Shown: piece after piece, positions 30,251 to 40,323 of the stretch
How positions within the stretch are numbered: position 1 is the stretch's first letter
Layout: the number at the start of each line of letters is the position of its first letter
NCBI GenBank assembly: GCA_963837955.1
Contig: CAWIPH010000002.1
Coordinates: forward strand, 32,001-96,000
DNA: 64,000 nucleotides
DNA from: an uncultured Verrucomicrobiae bacterium
GTDB lineage: Bacteria; Verrucomicrobiota; Verrucomicrobiia; Chthoniobacterales; JAFAMB01
Direction of reading: 5' to 3'
Notes under the pieces: model-generated
The model's database searches: none
The model's input: only the letters and a program-made list of their open reading frames with translations
What the model was told of the DNA's origin: nothing
Position numbers and translations under genes: made by a program

Positions 30251-30997
30251 ATGCCTAATACGATCGAGCAATTAAAGCGCATCTTAGATCAGGTAGAGGG
30301 ATTTATGCCGCCCGAGGCAATGGCCATGTGGGATACCCTTCTCGATTTTCAGAAAAAGAGCGAAGTAGCGGGCGCTCTTTTGGAGATCGGCGTTTACCAT
30401 GGAAAGTCGGCGGCGCTGCTTGGACTGCACTGCGCCGATGGCGAACAGCTTTTCCTGGTTGACCCTCGGGATCTAGGAGCCAAGGCAAATGTACGCAAAT
30501 TGGCCGGGAAGGATTCGCGTTACATCATCGGCAACTCGTCGGTTCTTCGAGAACATCCGGAGATGAAAGGGCTGGTCGGTAAATTTCGATGGCTCCACAT
30601 CGATGGCGATCACACTGGGCAAGGGGTCTTTCTGGATCTCGAAATTTGCAACCGGCTGCTCAGTGATGACGGAGTAATCTGCGTCGACGACTTCCTAAGT
30701 GCGGGTTTTCCGCAGGTAAGTGCGGTTACTTTCGAGTTTCTTCGGGATCATCCTTACGAGCTCAAACTCTTCTTGTGCGGGTACGGAAAAGGGTATCTCT
30801 GTCGCCCGAAGAAGCAGCGCGATTACATGGAATTCTTGAAAGCTAATATTGTGAAGGAGTTGCAGGCCCGGGGGATGAAGAACTTCACGATCTACAAAAC
30901 CGACTATTCTGACGTTTTCAATTGTATCGGCGTTTCACACCGTTACTTCGACCAGGATTTGTTCGGACCGTTCGGGAACCCCGACCTGAATCTGTGA
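30251..30997 (+). CDS. Class I SAM-dependent methyltransferase (Methyltransf_24-like)
   Basis: VEGFM, LEIGVYHGKS, HIDGDH, GVICVDD. Confidence 0.87.
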   Translation: MPNTIEQLKRILDQVEGFMPPEAMAMWDTLLDFQKKSEVAGALLEIGVYHGKSAALLGLHCADGEQLFLVDPRDLGAKANVRKLAGKDSRYIIGNSSVLREHPEMKGLVGKFRWLHIDGDHTGQGVFLDLEICNRLLSDDGVICVDDFLSAGFPQVSAVTFEFLRDHPYELKLFLCGYGKGYLCRPKKQRDYMEFLKANIVKELQARGMKNFTIYKTDYSDVFNCIGVSHRYFDQDLFGPFGNPDLNL

Positions 30998-31262
30998 TGG
31001 TACGCGGCCTTTCGAATCGACTCGTTTTTTTATTGTTCCGGAGCTCTGGCCGGTTCACCGGGGAGAAAGGAAGAAGCCAGAGACGAAAATTGGGGTTGCG
31101 CCGCGCCCTTTCCATATGATCTTCGGCAGCTACTCAAATGAGTTTGAAGTTAAAACCGCCTCAAAGCAGCAGGTTGATTGCTCCGCTCAACCGTTTCTCG
31201 CGTTGCTGGGCTATGATTGCCGCCGGGAATAGGATGTAAATTCCTGTCTTTCTGGCTCCTTA

Positions 31263-32060
31263 ATGAAAAGTCTTCTCGAGCTACCAAAGCGACAGTATCT
31301 GATCCGGCAATACCTAGCTCGTCAAATCGGCCAGCGTTACAAGGGTACAGCTTTAGGGGTTCTGTGGTCTCTAGCTTCGCCGATCTTCATGCTGCTGGTC
31401 TATACGTTTGTGTTCGCTACGGTCATGCATGCTCATTTTGGAATTTCAAAGTCCGAGACAACGCTGGACTATGGCTTGGCGCTTTTCTGTGGGTTGAACC
31501 TTTTCAATTTCTGCGGCGATGTCATCATGCGCTCTCCCTCACTAATTCTTAGTCAGCCCAACCTGGTTAAGAAAGTTGTGTTCCCGTTGGAGATTCTTCC
31601 ACTCATCAGCACGCTGGATGCCTTGGTCCATTGTGTCATTGCCTTCATTCCCCTGTTCCTAGCTCTGGCGATCTTGCACGGTACTGTGCCTTGGTCTTTT
31701 GTTTTTTTGGCCGCCTTTCTGATTCCTGCGGCGCTGATTGCGCTCGGATTAAGTCTGTTACTTTCCGCCATCGGAGTCTTTATCCGCGACGTGCAAAACA
31801 TGATGACTCCAGCAGTAACTGTCCTCATGTTCGGAAGCGCTGTCTTTTATCCCCTCGCGACCGTGCCCGACTGGATCCGGCCATGGTTTCAGTTAAATCC
31901 CTTAGCCCTGATCATTGAAAACTCCCGAAGAACTCTCATTTGGGGATTGCCCTTGGGGATACCGCAGCTTGCTTTCGCCAGCTTGTTGGGATTGGTTCTT
32001 GTTATAGTGGGATTTTTGTTTTTTGAGAAGTCCAAGCCGGCTTTTGCCGATGTGATGTAA
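31263..32060 (+). CDS. wzm: Polysaccharide ABC exporter permease
   Basis: RYKGTALGVLWSL..P, NLVKKVVFPLEILP, RDV, VFYP, LNPL, FADVM. Confidence 0.93.
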   Translation: MKSLLELPKRQYLIRQYLARQIGQRYKGTALGVLWSLASPIFMLLVYTFVFATVMHAHFGISKSETTLDYGLALFCGLNLFNFCGDVIMRSPSLILSQPNLVKKVVFPLEILPLISTLDALVHCVIAFIPLFLALAILHGTVPWSFVFLAAFLIPAALIALGLSLLLSAIGVFIRDVQNMMTPAVTVLMFGSAVFYPLATVPDWIRPWFQLNPLALIIENSRRTLIWGLPLGIPQLAFASLLGLVLVIVGFLFFEKSKPAFADVM

Positions 32061-32066
32061 GCCGCT

Positions 32067-33503
32067 GTGAGTAGCCTTTCTGACCTTTCTATTTGCGAGA
32101 CGCCGCCGGTTGCTGCGCAGGAGACGTTGCTCAGTCTCGATCAAATCTCTAAGTCCTATCGGTTGTGGAACCGTCCTTATGACCGGCTCTTCTATGGGAT
32201 CTGGAACCAGGTTCCTGGGTATGCTCCGGATCTGATCAGACGTCTGGCAAATCGTCAAAAGGCTGGACTCGGAAAGGAAGTTTTCGCCCTCGCTGAAGTG
32301 ACTCTGTCGATTCGGAAAGGTGAAAGCGTTGGGATTATCGGCCGCAACGGCAGCGGAAAGAGTACCCTCTTGCAGCTTATTGCCGGGGTCCTTCAGCCTA
32401 CTTCGGGACGAATTCGGGTGGATGCGAAGCGCGTAACAGCTTTGCTTGAATTGGGCAGTGGGTTTGATCCGAATTTCACGGGGCGGCAAAACGTTCTGCT
32501 GCACGGTTCACTGCTTGGTCTCACCGAGGAAGAGAATCACGCGCGGCTTAGTGAGGTCCTTGATTTCTCTGAGATCGGCGATTATTTCGATCGCCCGGTC
32601 AAGACCTATAGCAGTGGCATGATAGTTCGACTAGCGTTTGCGTCTTCCATCACCGTCCGAGCCGATTTATTGATCGTGGACGAGGCGCTAGCGGTCGGCG
32701 ACATCTTCTTTCAGCAGAAGTGCTTTCACAAGATTCGGGAGTTGGTCAAGGCCGGAGTGACCATCCTGCTCGTCTCGCATGACTTGCGCTCGATCAGCGA
32801 GTTTTGTGATGAGACGCTTTTGCTGGACCACGGTCGGGTCATCTTCTTCGGAGACTCTAACGTGGCGATTGACCGCTACTACGGCATGACAAAATCGTTC
32901 ATTTTGGCCGCGCCGGGCGGAGCACGGAAACAGGCTCCGGCCTCGAGCCTATCATCTGTCGAGGAACCTCCCCCGGTGCTGATGGAGTCGATTCCCCGGC
33001 CAAAGGTGGTTCCATATGAAGACGCCGTTGCGACGTTCCTTCATTTCGCTCTCCTGAATCATGAAGGAAAGCCTACGAACCTGTTTCGACAAGGCGAATG
33101 GCTGACGTTGCTCTTTGACGTCGAAGTGTTGGCTGACGTCGAAAACTTAAGCGCAGGGGTTGTCTTTCGGGATGACCGGAGAACGTTTTTGCACAGCAAG
33201 TACGAATTTCAGACTGATCTAAGGAGTCTGCGCATTGGCAAAAAGGGAGATCATTTTAGAGTCAGTTATGAGGTTCGTCTCGATGTCGCGCCGGGCCACT
33301 ATACCCTATCGCTTGACCTGATATCTGTGCCCGCCGAGGCAATAGCTGGCGGAAAATTGGCCTTTCTCGATTACGAACGCCATTTCCGTCGCGTTTGTCA
33401 TGCTGGAGATCTTGTTGCGATCACCGTGGGCTTTAATCCTAGCCGTGAAGGCGCGGAATTCTCTCACCTCGGGCTCTTCGACCTGCCCACCCGTTTCGAC
33501 TGA
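32067..33503 (+). CDS. wzt: Polysaccharide ABC exporter ATPase with C-terminal carbohydrate-binding domain
   Basis: GRNGSGKST, YSSGMIVRLAF, VDEALAVGD, VSHD; about 170-aa beta-rich C-terminal extension. Confidence 0.93.
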   Translation: MSSLSDLSICETPPVAAQETLLSLDQISKSYRLWNRPYDRLFYGIWNQVPGYAPDLIRRLANRQKAGLGKEVFALAEVTLSIRKGESVGIIGRNGSGKSTLLQLIAGVLQPTSGRIRVDAKRVTALLELGSGFDPNFTGRQNVLLHGSLLGLTEEENHARLSEVLDFSEIGDYFDRPVKTYSSGMIVRLAFASSITVRADLLIVDEALAVGDIFFQQKCFHKIRELVKAGVTILLVSHDLRSISEFCDETLLLDHGRVIFFGDSNVAIDRYYGMTKSFILAAPGGARKQAPASSLSSVEEPPPVLMESIPRPKVVPYEDAVATFLHFALLNHEGKPTNLFRQGEWLTLLFDVEVLADVENLSAGVVFRDDRRTFLHSKYEFQTDLRSLRIGKKGDHFRVSYEVRLDVAPGHYTLSLDLISVPAEAIAGGKLAFLDYERHFRRVCHAGDLVAITVGFNPSREGAEFSHLGLFDLPTRFD

Positions 33504-33542
33504 TTGGAACTCCCGATACCGGCGAGATAGAAACGTCGATTT

Positions 33543-34478
33543 CTACCTCGATAATGAGGCCGCCCGGAAGCGCGGCAGTTCTCCCTGGCACCAGTGAAAT
33601 GCTTTCAAGAACAATTGATAGTCGTGAAAGAAAAGGATTTTTCCCCAACCCACTTTTGACGCACTCGTCAGATTTGTTGCCATCCGAACGAACTCTTCCC
33701 CTTCGACCCGAAAGATGATGATATGCCAGTAATACTCTCGGTCGCGCATTTCGCCAATGACGTCGGATGAGTTAAAAGGCCGTTGGATCTTGCTATTGCG
33801 GTCTTCTCCCTGGAATTCGGCTTGAACGACGGCTGGACGAACTGAACCGAGTCCCCGCACGACCTCAAGCTCGAGTCCTTTGGCGTCAATCTTCAGAAAA
33901 TCGATGCTCCCCGGGACCGTTCCGGACGCGGCCAGGGCTGCGAGGGTCGTTGCCGTCGAGGAGTTCGATTCGGGGGATCCAAGCGCTAAATTGAAGATTC
34001 TAACACGTGGTCGACCAGCCATTCGAGCGTTCAATCTTTCGAAGGTTTCGGGTACTGCTTCAAAGCAAAACACCTCATAGCCGATATCCAGAACTGCCTC
34101 TGCAAAGTCACCCGAGTTGGCGCCGACGTCGAAAAGCACACGGTTCGGAAGGAAGTTGTAAAGGAATCCAGCCAAATCAGATTCTGGCTCACTTTGCGAG
34201 AACATATCGGTCCACAACCATGGTTCGGCCCGACCAGCAGACCAAGCCATAACCGATTTGAGGCGGTTCACATGTTCAGAAAGTCGCCGAATTTGGTCCT
34301 TGGTTCTAATGCCCGTCTGTTCAGTTCTACCAAGGCCCGATTCCAGCCGCCCCAAATGGTTTTCCAGCCGTCCCAAATGGCTGATTGTAACTTCCAGTTT
34401 GTGGCGGACGTCATCTATCCCCAAACCGCTTTGGGCTCTTCGGGAAATTGAGTCTCTAATTTTGTTTACGATCGACAT
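33543..34478 (-). CDS. FkbM-family methyltransferase with N-terminal coiled coil; paralogue of 12715-13747
   Basis: FLYNFLP, FDVGANSG, LKIDAKGLELEV, WGKILFF; HLGRLEN repeats. Confidence 0.82.
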   Translation of the reverse strand: MSIVNKIRDSISRRAQSGLGIDDVRHKLEVTISHLGRLENHLGRLESGLGRTEQTGIRTKDQIRRLSEHVNRLKSVMAWSAGRAEPWLWTDMFSQSEPESDLAGFLYNFLPNRVLFDVGANSGDFAEAVLDIGYEVFCFEAVPETFERLNARMAGRPRVRIFNLALGSPESNSSTATTLAALAASGTVPGSIDFLKIDAKGLELEVVRGLGSVRPAVVQAEFQGEDRNSKIQRPFNSSDVIGEMRDREYYWHIIIFRVEGEEFVRMATNLTSASKVGWGKILFFHDYQLFLKAFHWCQGELPRFRAASLSR

Positions 34479-34511
34479 GAAAGGTTCACCTCCTAAACCC
34501 GTAACAGCCTC

Positions 34512-34541
34512 ATTAGAAGCTGATCCGGCCCAGTATGTCAA
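34512..34541 (-). promoter_or_regulatory. Candidate sigma70 promoter for 33543-34478
   Basis: TTGACA, 18-bp spacer, TCTAAT on the minus strand. Confidence 0.4.
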
Positions 34542-34601
34542 AATCCTGCCTCCTCGGCGGCTGAAGCTCTGGCCTGTTTCATGCTAGGGAGGTAGGGAAC
34601 C

Positions 34602-35492
34602 ATGGATGTGGCACATTTCCCCCTCTTCCTTCACTGTCATATCCCAAAGACGGCCGGTGTAAGTGTAGGCCAGCTTCTTGATTCCACTTTTCATCCTTAT
34701 CACTTCAATCATTACCATTCTGATCCCCTCTATGTTTTGACTCCTCCAAGGCTCGAGACACTTCTCAAGATCACACCAACGCTAAGGTCAATCTCTTCGC
34801 ATAGCCTGCGCACCTTTCCGCGTCAGGTCTGCGGTCGGAAAACCTGTTATATCACTTTTCTTCGTGATCCTACGGCTGCGTTTGTCTCGCTGCTGAAATA
34901 TTGCCGTGCTGAATACCGAGCAGGACACCTTTCGGCGGAAGCGCGATGGATGTGGCCGGATGACACTCCAACCCGAAGTCTGCGCGATCTTGCTGAATGG
35001 TTTCTCGACCAGATCGGAGCTGAGAATTCCTATTCGCCGCAAACGCGTTTTTTCTGTTCTCCGGAATCAATGCGAAAAGCTGGTTTCACGGTGGAACATC
35101 AGTATGGCGAAGATTGCTTCGAAGTGGCCTCTATGATCTTAGAAAGATTTTTGTTTGTCGGGGTTACCGAGCAGATAGAGAAAAGCGTCAAGCTGCTGAT
35201 CGGCAAGCTAAAGAAACTCGGCATCCAGGTACAGGAACCCGCGTTACCCCACTCGAATCGATCCAGTTCGAGCGAGGATCTTTCCTGGCTGACGATGAGG
35301 GACAAGGTCGGAAAACGTGTGCTAACCTGCAACGAGGTTGACCAGCAGCTTTACGATCGATTCCGGCTCGCTCTGGAACGCGAATATGCTCGGTTTCAGG
35401 AATCGGCTGAAATTTTGGATATTTCCGAGGCTGAACAAACTGCCGGGCCGATCTGTGAATGGGCTGCGTCTAGGTTTCTGGAGAAGGTTTAA
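34602..35492 (+). CDS. Sulfotransferase (HxPKTAG type)
   Basis: HCHIPKTAG, ITFLRDP...S, QTRFF, FVGVTE, N..DQQLYD. Confidence 0.85.
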   Translation: MDVAHFPLFLHCHIPKTAGVSVGQLLDSTFHPYHFNHYHSDPLYVLTPPRLETLLKITPTLRSISSHSLRTFPRQVCGRKTCYITFLRDPTAAFVSLLKYCRAEYRAGHLSAEARWMWPDDTPTRSLRDLAEWFLDQIGAENSYSPQTRFFCSPESMRKAGFTVEHQYGEDCFEVASMILERFLFVGVTEQIEKSVKLLIGKLKKLGIQVQEPALPHSNRSSSSEDLSWLTMRDKVGKRVLTCNEVDQQLYDRFRLALEREYARFQESAEILDISEAEQTAGPICEWAASRFLEKV

Positions 35493-35546
35493 AGCACACA
35501 GAGAGCGAATTTTTGATCCGGCAGATGCACAATTCGGGACAAACCT

Positions 35547-36947
35547 TTACCAGAGACCGGCGGTGAGCAGGGCCTCTCGGGCAAACACCGCGTCCTGTTG
35601 AATGAGTCGACCGGTTGGAGAGTGTCGCCAACAACCGGCATTGTCGAAATACTCAAACCCGAGGTCGCGAAGCTTTGCCATCATTTCGAAAAATGTCTTT
35701 GCCGTCGGCGCATATCGGCCCATCGAGAGTTCAAGGCAAATAACATCGACTTGCTGCAAGAATCGAGTGGCGCCATCCAGGACGAGATGCTCCCCGAACT
35801 GTACATCGATTTTCAGCAGCCCTTTCCCCGAAATCGATTGTTGAGAACTGATTTCGTCCAGCGTGCGGACCGGAACCAGAACACGCTCCCACTGACGGTC
35901 GGGGGAGTGCTCGGCACCATCCAGAAAGCTACTTGAATAAAGATCTGGAGAGACATTCAATTCTGTCTCTGAGTTTTTGTCACCCGCGGCACTTGCGATA
36001 GCGACATATTCCGGGTGCAGCGTGTATATAGAGTTATCCAGTTGCCGGTATTTCTCGAGCAACGGCTCGATCAAATAGAACCGGCTATTTGGGAAAACTC
36101 GGCTAGCGATGAGAGACCAGTAGCCGGTTGAGGCTCCGACATCGACGATAAATTCTGGCCGATATCCCGCCGCTCTTAGCCGATAGAGAAAATGGAAACA
36201 TGGGTGCATGCTCCAGTGGATGCTTCTTGGTGCCGATGGATCTACGTAGGGGGCCGTACGATCTGCAGTTTCTCGACTCGCACGCTTCTCGGGCTCATCG
36301 CTAGCCGGAAAACCGTCCTCCAAGGAATCCAGGATGAGGCGCAGGATTTCGTTACTTTGCCGCGAGCCCTTTTCGCCGGGGGTTTTCTCGGCGAGTGAGA
36401 ATTCCGGCAAGAGCCAGACAGGTTTACCCACGCTGGTTTGCACATAGGAGCGAGTCGACGCCGACACAGCGAAGGTGATTCTGGCCTTCCCGAGAGCCTC
36501 TGCCAAAAGGCCGCCGGCCCGGTTATCCTTTTGAAAGCAGTTGTCCTGGGCCAAGACGAGAGCCATCGGCGATCCCGTAATATCGGCGGTCGCAGTTGCC
36601 GCGAAAAGACCTTCGGCATCCTTGGCTACAGCCACTACCCGATCGATTCGATATCTATTCAGAATCTCAGCAATCCGGAAATAGGCCAAGGACCGCCCTT
36701 TGGTATTTCCCTCAATTAATGGAATGTCCGGAATGGGTAACTCTGTTTCGGCCTCTTTGGCGTCGACGAAGAGGGCGACCAAGTTGTTTCCGGTAAATAA
36801 TCGCGAGCTATCGAGGTGAGCGAATGACTGACTATGCGGATCGGATGGGACCACCAGAAAACAAGCCGCGGACGATCGAGGTTCGTCGGCCCTTATTTTG
36901 GATTTCCCTGCGGTGCCGAAAAATTTATGAAAATCGAGCGATGCCAT
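35547..36947 (-). CDS. FkbM-family methyltransferase with a degenerate GT-like N-terminal domain
   Basis: C-terminal IVDVGASTG, LIEP, LKIDVQFGE; N-terminal LAQDN...FAVSASTR...VWLLP echoes the GT-B paralogues. Confidence 0.8.
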   Translation of the reverse strand: MASLDFHKFFGTAGKSKIRADEPRSSAACFLVVPSDPHSQSFAHLDSSRLFTGNNLVALFVDAKEAETELPIPDIPLIEGNTKGRSLAYFRIAEILNRYRIDRVVAVAKDAEGLFAATATADITGSPMALVLAQDNCFQKDNRAGGLLAEALGKARITFAVSASTRSYVQTSVGKPVWLLPEFSLAEKTPGEKGSRQSNEILRLILDSLEDGFPASDEPEKRASRETADRTAPYVDPSAPRSIHWSMHPCFHFLYRLRAAGYRPEFIVDVGASTGYWSLIASRVFPNSRFYLIEPLLEKYRQLDNSIYTLHPEYVAIASAAGDKNSETELNVSPDLYSSSFLDGAEHSPDRQWERVLVPVRTLDEISSQQSISGKGLLKIDVQFGEHLVLDGATRFLQQVDVICLELSMGRYAPTAKTFFEMMAKLRDLGFEYFDNAGCWRHSPTGRLIQQDAVFAREALLTAGLW

Positions 36948-36987
36948 CGAATAAAATTCTATCTAATGCCTGTTTGAGAGCCGGACC

Positions 36988-37746
36988 TCAATGACGCCCC
37001 ACAATAAAATACCGTGGATCTTGGAACAACGGGAGATCGCTCCGCGCGAAAAGAAGGTCGAATTGCCAGAAGGCGCTGTCTACTTCGCGATAGAGGATGT
37101 CAAAAACGTCCAGGGGACGAAAGCCTAAGTCGAGCATATAGCGGCAAAGGTCCCAGAATGGAACGGCTGGTCCGCCGAAGGTGAAATTGTAAGCCTCAAT
37201 TACGATTATGTTCGTTTGTTTCAAGGTCTTGCTAGCGCCACTTAGGATGGGAATCTCGACTCCGTGGGTGTCCAGTTTGATCATGAACGGCCCGGGGAGC
37301 GATTGACTTTCTACCAGGCTGTCGATTGTGTTGACCGGACAAGGCTGGTAGTTCTGATTCAACGGACTTTCAGCCAGATGGCCGACCAGTGGATCCGAGG
37401 CATCGAAATAAAGTTGGCCCGCCTTGGCTCCTACGGCGGTAACGGCAAAATGCCAGTTAGGGTTCTTCCGGCAGACCTCGGTGAGTTTCGGGAGATGAAT
37501 TTGGTTTGCGTCTACCAGCAGATGCTCTCTACCGGGAAAATATCTGGCAAAAGCTTTAGACCAGATGCCGTCAGAGGCGCCGATGTCGATCAACGATGCG
37601 ATTTCGATCTGGTGACCCTGCAAACGACGGAGCGCGTCATCCCGAGTAGGTTCAGCACCTCCCAGCCGGTGAGCGCGCACCTGGATGCCAAATAATCGGC
37701 CGCAGATCGAGTTGATGATCGAAAACGCAAAGGCTACCAGGTTCAT
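36988..37746 (-). CDS. FkbM-family methyltransferase
   Basis: IDIGASDG, IKLDTHGVE, WQFDLLF. Confidence 0.87.
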   Translation of the reverse strand: MNLVAFAFSIINSICGRLFGIQVRAHRLGGAEPTRDDALRRLQGHQIEIASLIDIGASDGIWSKAFARYFPGREHLLVDANQIHLPKLTEVCRKNPNWHFAVTAVGAKAGQLYFDASDPLVGHLAESPLNQNYQPCPVNTIDSLVESQSLPGPFMIKLDTHGVEIPILSGASKTLKQTNIIVIEAYNFTFGGPAVPFWDLCRYMLDLGFRPLDVFDILYREVDSAFWQFDLLFARSDLPLFQDPRYFIVGRH

Positions 37747-37779
37747 CTTCCGGGGCGATCGATGCCCTAACAGCCTCCG

Positions 37780-38970
37780 TCAACTGAAAATGCGTTCGAA
37801 TCGCTCATCGATCGGGTGACCGCATTCCAATGAACGCCAGATGAAGTCGGCCAACCCGTGCGAAGAAAACGCTGCGCTGAGTTGGTTGGCATGAATGCGG
37901 ATCTCATTGAAACGGGACGGGCTGGTAACCTGGTGAACCGCCCTTTGGAGTGCGCCCGAATCGTAGGGACATGATGTCCCAAGATCAAGTTTGCGAACGA
38001 ATTTGGCGGCCGCCGTTTCTTCGTGGCCAAGCACGATAATAGGAATATTGGCGGTGGCCATCAGGTAAATGATCCGGGACGGCAAGCTGGACTTGGCCAG
38101 CCAGTTGTGGCTGCTGCCTTTTTCTAACGTCCCGCTCGGAACGATCGCAAAATCGGCGTTGCGCAGCTCTTCCACCAGCTCCGGGTCGGGCAGCATCGAG
38201 CGAAGGTAGATACCTTCGGACTCCAGTTCCGGAGGATCGAGGACAATAAATGGTTTCCCCGCGTTGCCGAACCAGTCGACCGATAGACCGGAAGCCCGGA
38301 CAGTTGCTCGAAAACTGTTTAGCATGTCCAGGCTCCAGACGTTTCCAATCAAAGCTCCTCTAGGTGATTGGCGCTTATATCGAGCCAACCCGCTCGGGGC
38401 GAACAATGCAGGATTGGCCACCGGGGGTATAATCCAAAATTTAGTCTTAAACTTCTCACCGTAAGCGCGACAGAGAGGCTCCGAAATCGCGAAGCGAATA
38501 TTGGCTTGGGCGACCAAGGCTGACATCAAGTCATCAGATATTTCCTGTACGTGAATGTTTTGATCATCCATTACGTAGAGGGCGATCGGCGCGTCAAAAA
38601 TCTGGGCTGCCGCTAAAGTGGAGAGGACATCGTCGGGGTAGAAGGGCACCGAAAGAATTCTTCTTATCCCGGCCCCGCTCAGCTGGGCTCGGATTTCCTT
38701 CCGAGCGCTTTCCAAAGAGCCGCCCGGATGCTCTACGTGAAGAGAGTGATCACCGATCTCATTCCGCTCGAAAAACTTCCGAGAATGGCAAATCAGGAGT
38801 TGTTCTTCTTCTTGAAAGATGTTCTTTAGCAGCGCTCCGGTACCGTGACGAAGAGAGACTTCCGCGTGAGTTACTAACAGAGATGCCCGATCGAAATCGG
38901 CCAGATCGCGTTGAGCGGCGGCTTTTGCTGGGGCGCCTTTCCAGAATTTTCTAATAACCTTCAACATCAA
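37780..38970 (-). CDS. Putative GT-B-fold glycosyltransferase, unnamed paralogue family
   Basis: EVSLRHGTGALL, YVMDD, AISEPL, IGNVW, SSLPSRI. Confidence 0.68.
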   Translation of the reverse strand: MMLKVIRKFWKGAPAKAAAQRDLADFDRASLLVTHAEVSLRHGTGALLKNIFQEEEQLLICHSRKFFERNEIGDHSLHVEHPGGSLESARKEIRAQLSGAGIRRILSVPFYPDDVLSTLAAAQIFDAPIALYVMDDQNIHVQEISDDLMSALVAQANIRFAISEPLCRAYGEKFKTKFWIIPPVANPALFAPSGLARYKRQSPRGALIGNVWSLDMLNSFRATVRASGLSVDWFGNAGKPFIVLDPPELESEGIYLRSMLPDPELVEELRNADFAIVPSGTLEKGSSHNWLAKSSLPSRIIYLMATANIPIIVLGHEETAAAKFVRKLDLGTSCPYDSGALQRAVHQVTSPSRFNEIRIHANQLSAAFSSHGLADFIWRSLECGHPIDERFERIFS

Positions 38971-39060
38971 CTCGCCTGGTAGTATTTGCGATTTACTGGC
39001 TGTTCAGCCTTACTTAGAGCAGACTTCCGACAAATCCTTCAGCAAAATCCACAGACTTCT

Positions 39061-40287
39061 ATGGGATTGGACGTTCCAGTTCTGTTTCTCATTTTTAACC
39101 GTCCCGAATTGACGCACCAAGTCTTTCAAACGATTCGCGCCTCTCGGCCTGCCCGACTCTATATCGCCGCCGACGGGCCCCGAGCGGAGAAAGCCGGAGA
39201 GTGGAAGCTTTGCGCTGAAACCCGGGAGGTTGCAAAGAAAATAGATTGGTCCTGTGAGCTCAAAACTCTGTTTCGAGACGACAATCTCGGGTGCGGACAA
39301 GCCGTCAGCGAAGCGATCGGTTGGTTTTTCGATCATGAGGAAAAAGGGATCATTTTGGAAGATGACTGTCTGCCGGACGCGAGCTTTTATCCATTTTGTG
39401 GCGAAATGTTGGATCGATTTCAGGATGAGGATCGGGTTGGGTCGATTTCCGGGAACAACTTTTTGCCTCCTTCCTTGCATGCTTCTCAGCCTTATCTCTT
39501 CTCCAAGTACGTTCAAATCTGGGGTTGGGCGACCTGGAGGAGGTTTTGGAAGTTCTATGACTTTGATCTGAAGGGCGAAGAAGAAGAATGGGAAAAGATC
39601 ATTCGCCGGGTAAATCCCGTTGATAAGCACGCCCGTTATTGGCTCGAAATTTTTCGTGCGCTGCGATCAGGGCTCATTGATACCTGGGATTACCAGGTGA
39701 TGTTTTCCGCTTGGAAGGCCGACTTGGTTCACATTTATCCGAGTCGAAATCTCATGTCGAATCTTGGTTATGGCGACCATGCGACTCACACCAACTTCGA
39801 GAGCCCAGTCGCTCAGCTCGCGACCGGATCGATCGAGAATTTTCAGGTCACCCTTCCGGTGGTGATTGATCCGATGCTCGATGACGCGACCTTCTATTTT
39901 CGGTTTCTTGAATCGCTGACCAACGTCTGGTGGTTGGAGCAGGCCTTGGACCTCACTGAGAAATTGGCTTGGAGCCGTTGGCAAATTAACCAAGCTCAAA
40001 AGGAAGTCACCCAGCTCAAGGAGGTCTGTGACGACCAGGCTCGACAGGTCGCGAAAATTGCGGCGACCAGGTCCAGAGCAATCTACCGAACCAACCTGGT
40101 ATTGTTGTTGTCGCACTGGGTCTATACAATGCGCGAAGCGTTAACGTTGGCTCGTACCCGATTCAACCGAATGATTGGAAGACGGCGTCTGAGTGACCGA
40201 GGAACTTCTGGAACGGACACAGAGGAAAAGAAACAGCTCGTTTCGCCGGAAATCGAGCGAGCCGGCCGCGTTCATCCCGACCGATGA
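39061..40287 (+). CDS. GT-A nucleotide-diphospho-sugar transferase with C-terminal coiled coil
   Basis: PVLFLIFNRP, ADGPR, NLGC, IILEDDC, WGWATWRR, TWDYQ, NLG..DHATHT. Confidence 0.85.
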   Translation: MGLDVPVLFLIFNRPELTHQVFQTIRASRPARLYIAADGPRAEKAGEWKLCAETREVAKKIDWSCELKTLFRDDNLGCGQAVSEAIGWFFDHEEKGIILEDDCLPDASFYPFCGEMLDRFQDEDRVGSISGNNFLPPSLHASQPYLFSKYVQIWGWATWRRFWKFYDFDLKGEEEEWEKIIRRVNPVDKHARYWLEIFRALRSGLIDTWDYQVMFSAWKADLVHIYPSRNLMSNLGYGDHATHTNFESPVAQLATGSIENFQVTLPVVIDPMLDDATFYFRFLESLTNVWWLEQALDLTEKLAWSRWQINQAQKEVTQLKEVCDDQARQVAKIAATRSRAIYRTNLVLLLSHWVYTMREALTLARTRFNRMIGRRRLSDRGTSGTDTEEKKQLVSPEIERAGRVHPDR

Positions 40288-40323
40288 CCTCTTTGGGAAG
40301 TTGCGAAGCTACGATCTAGTCTG

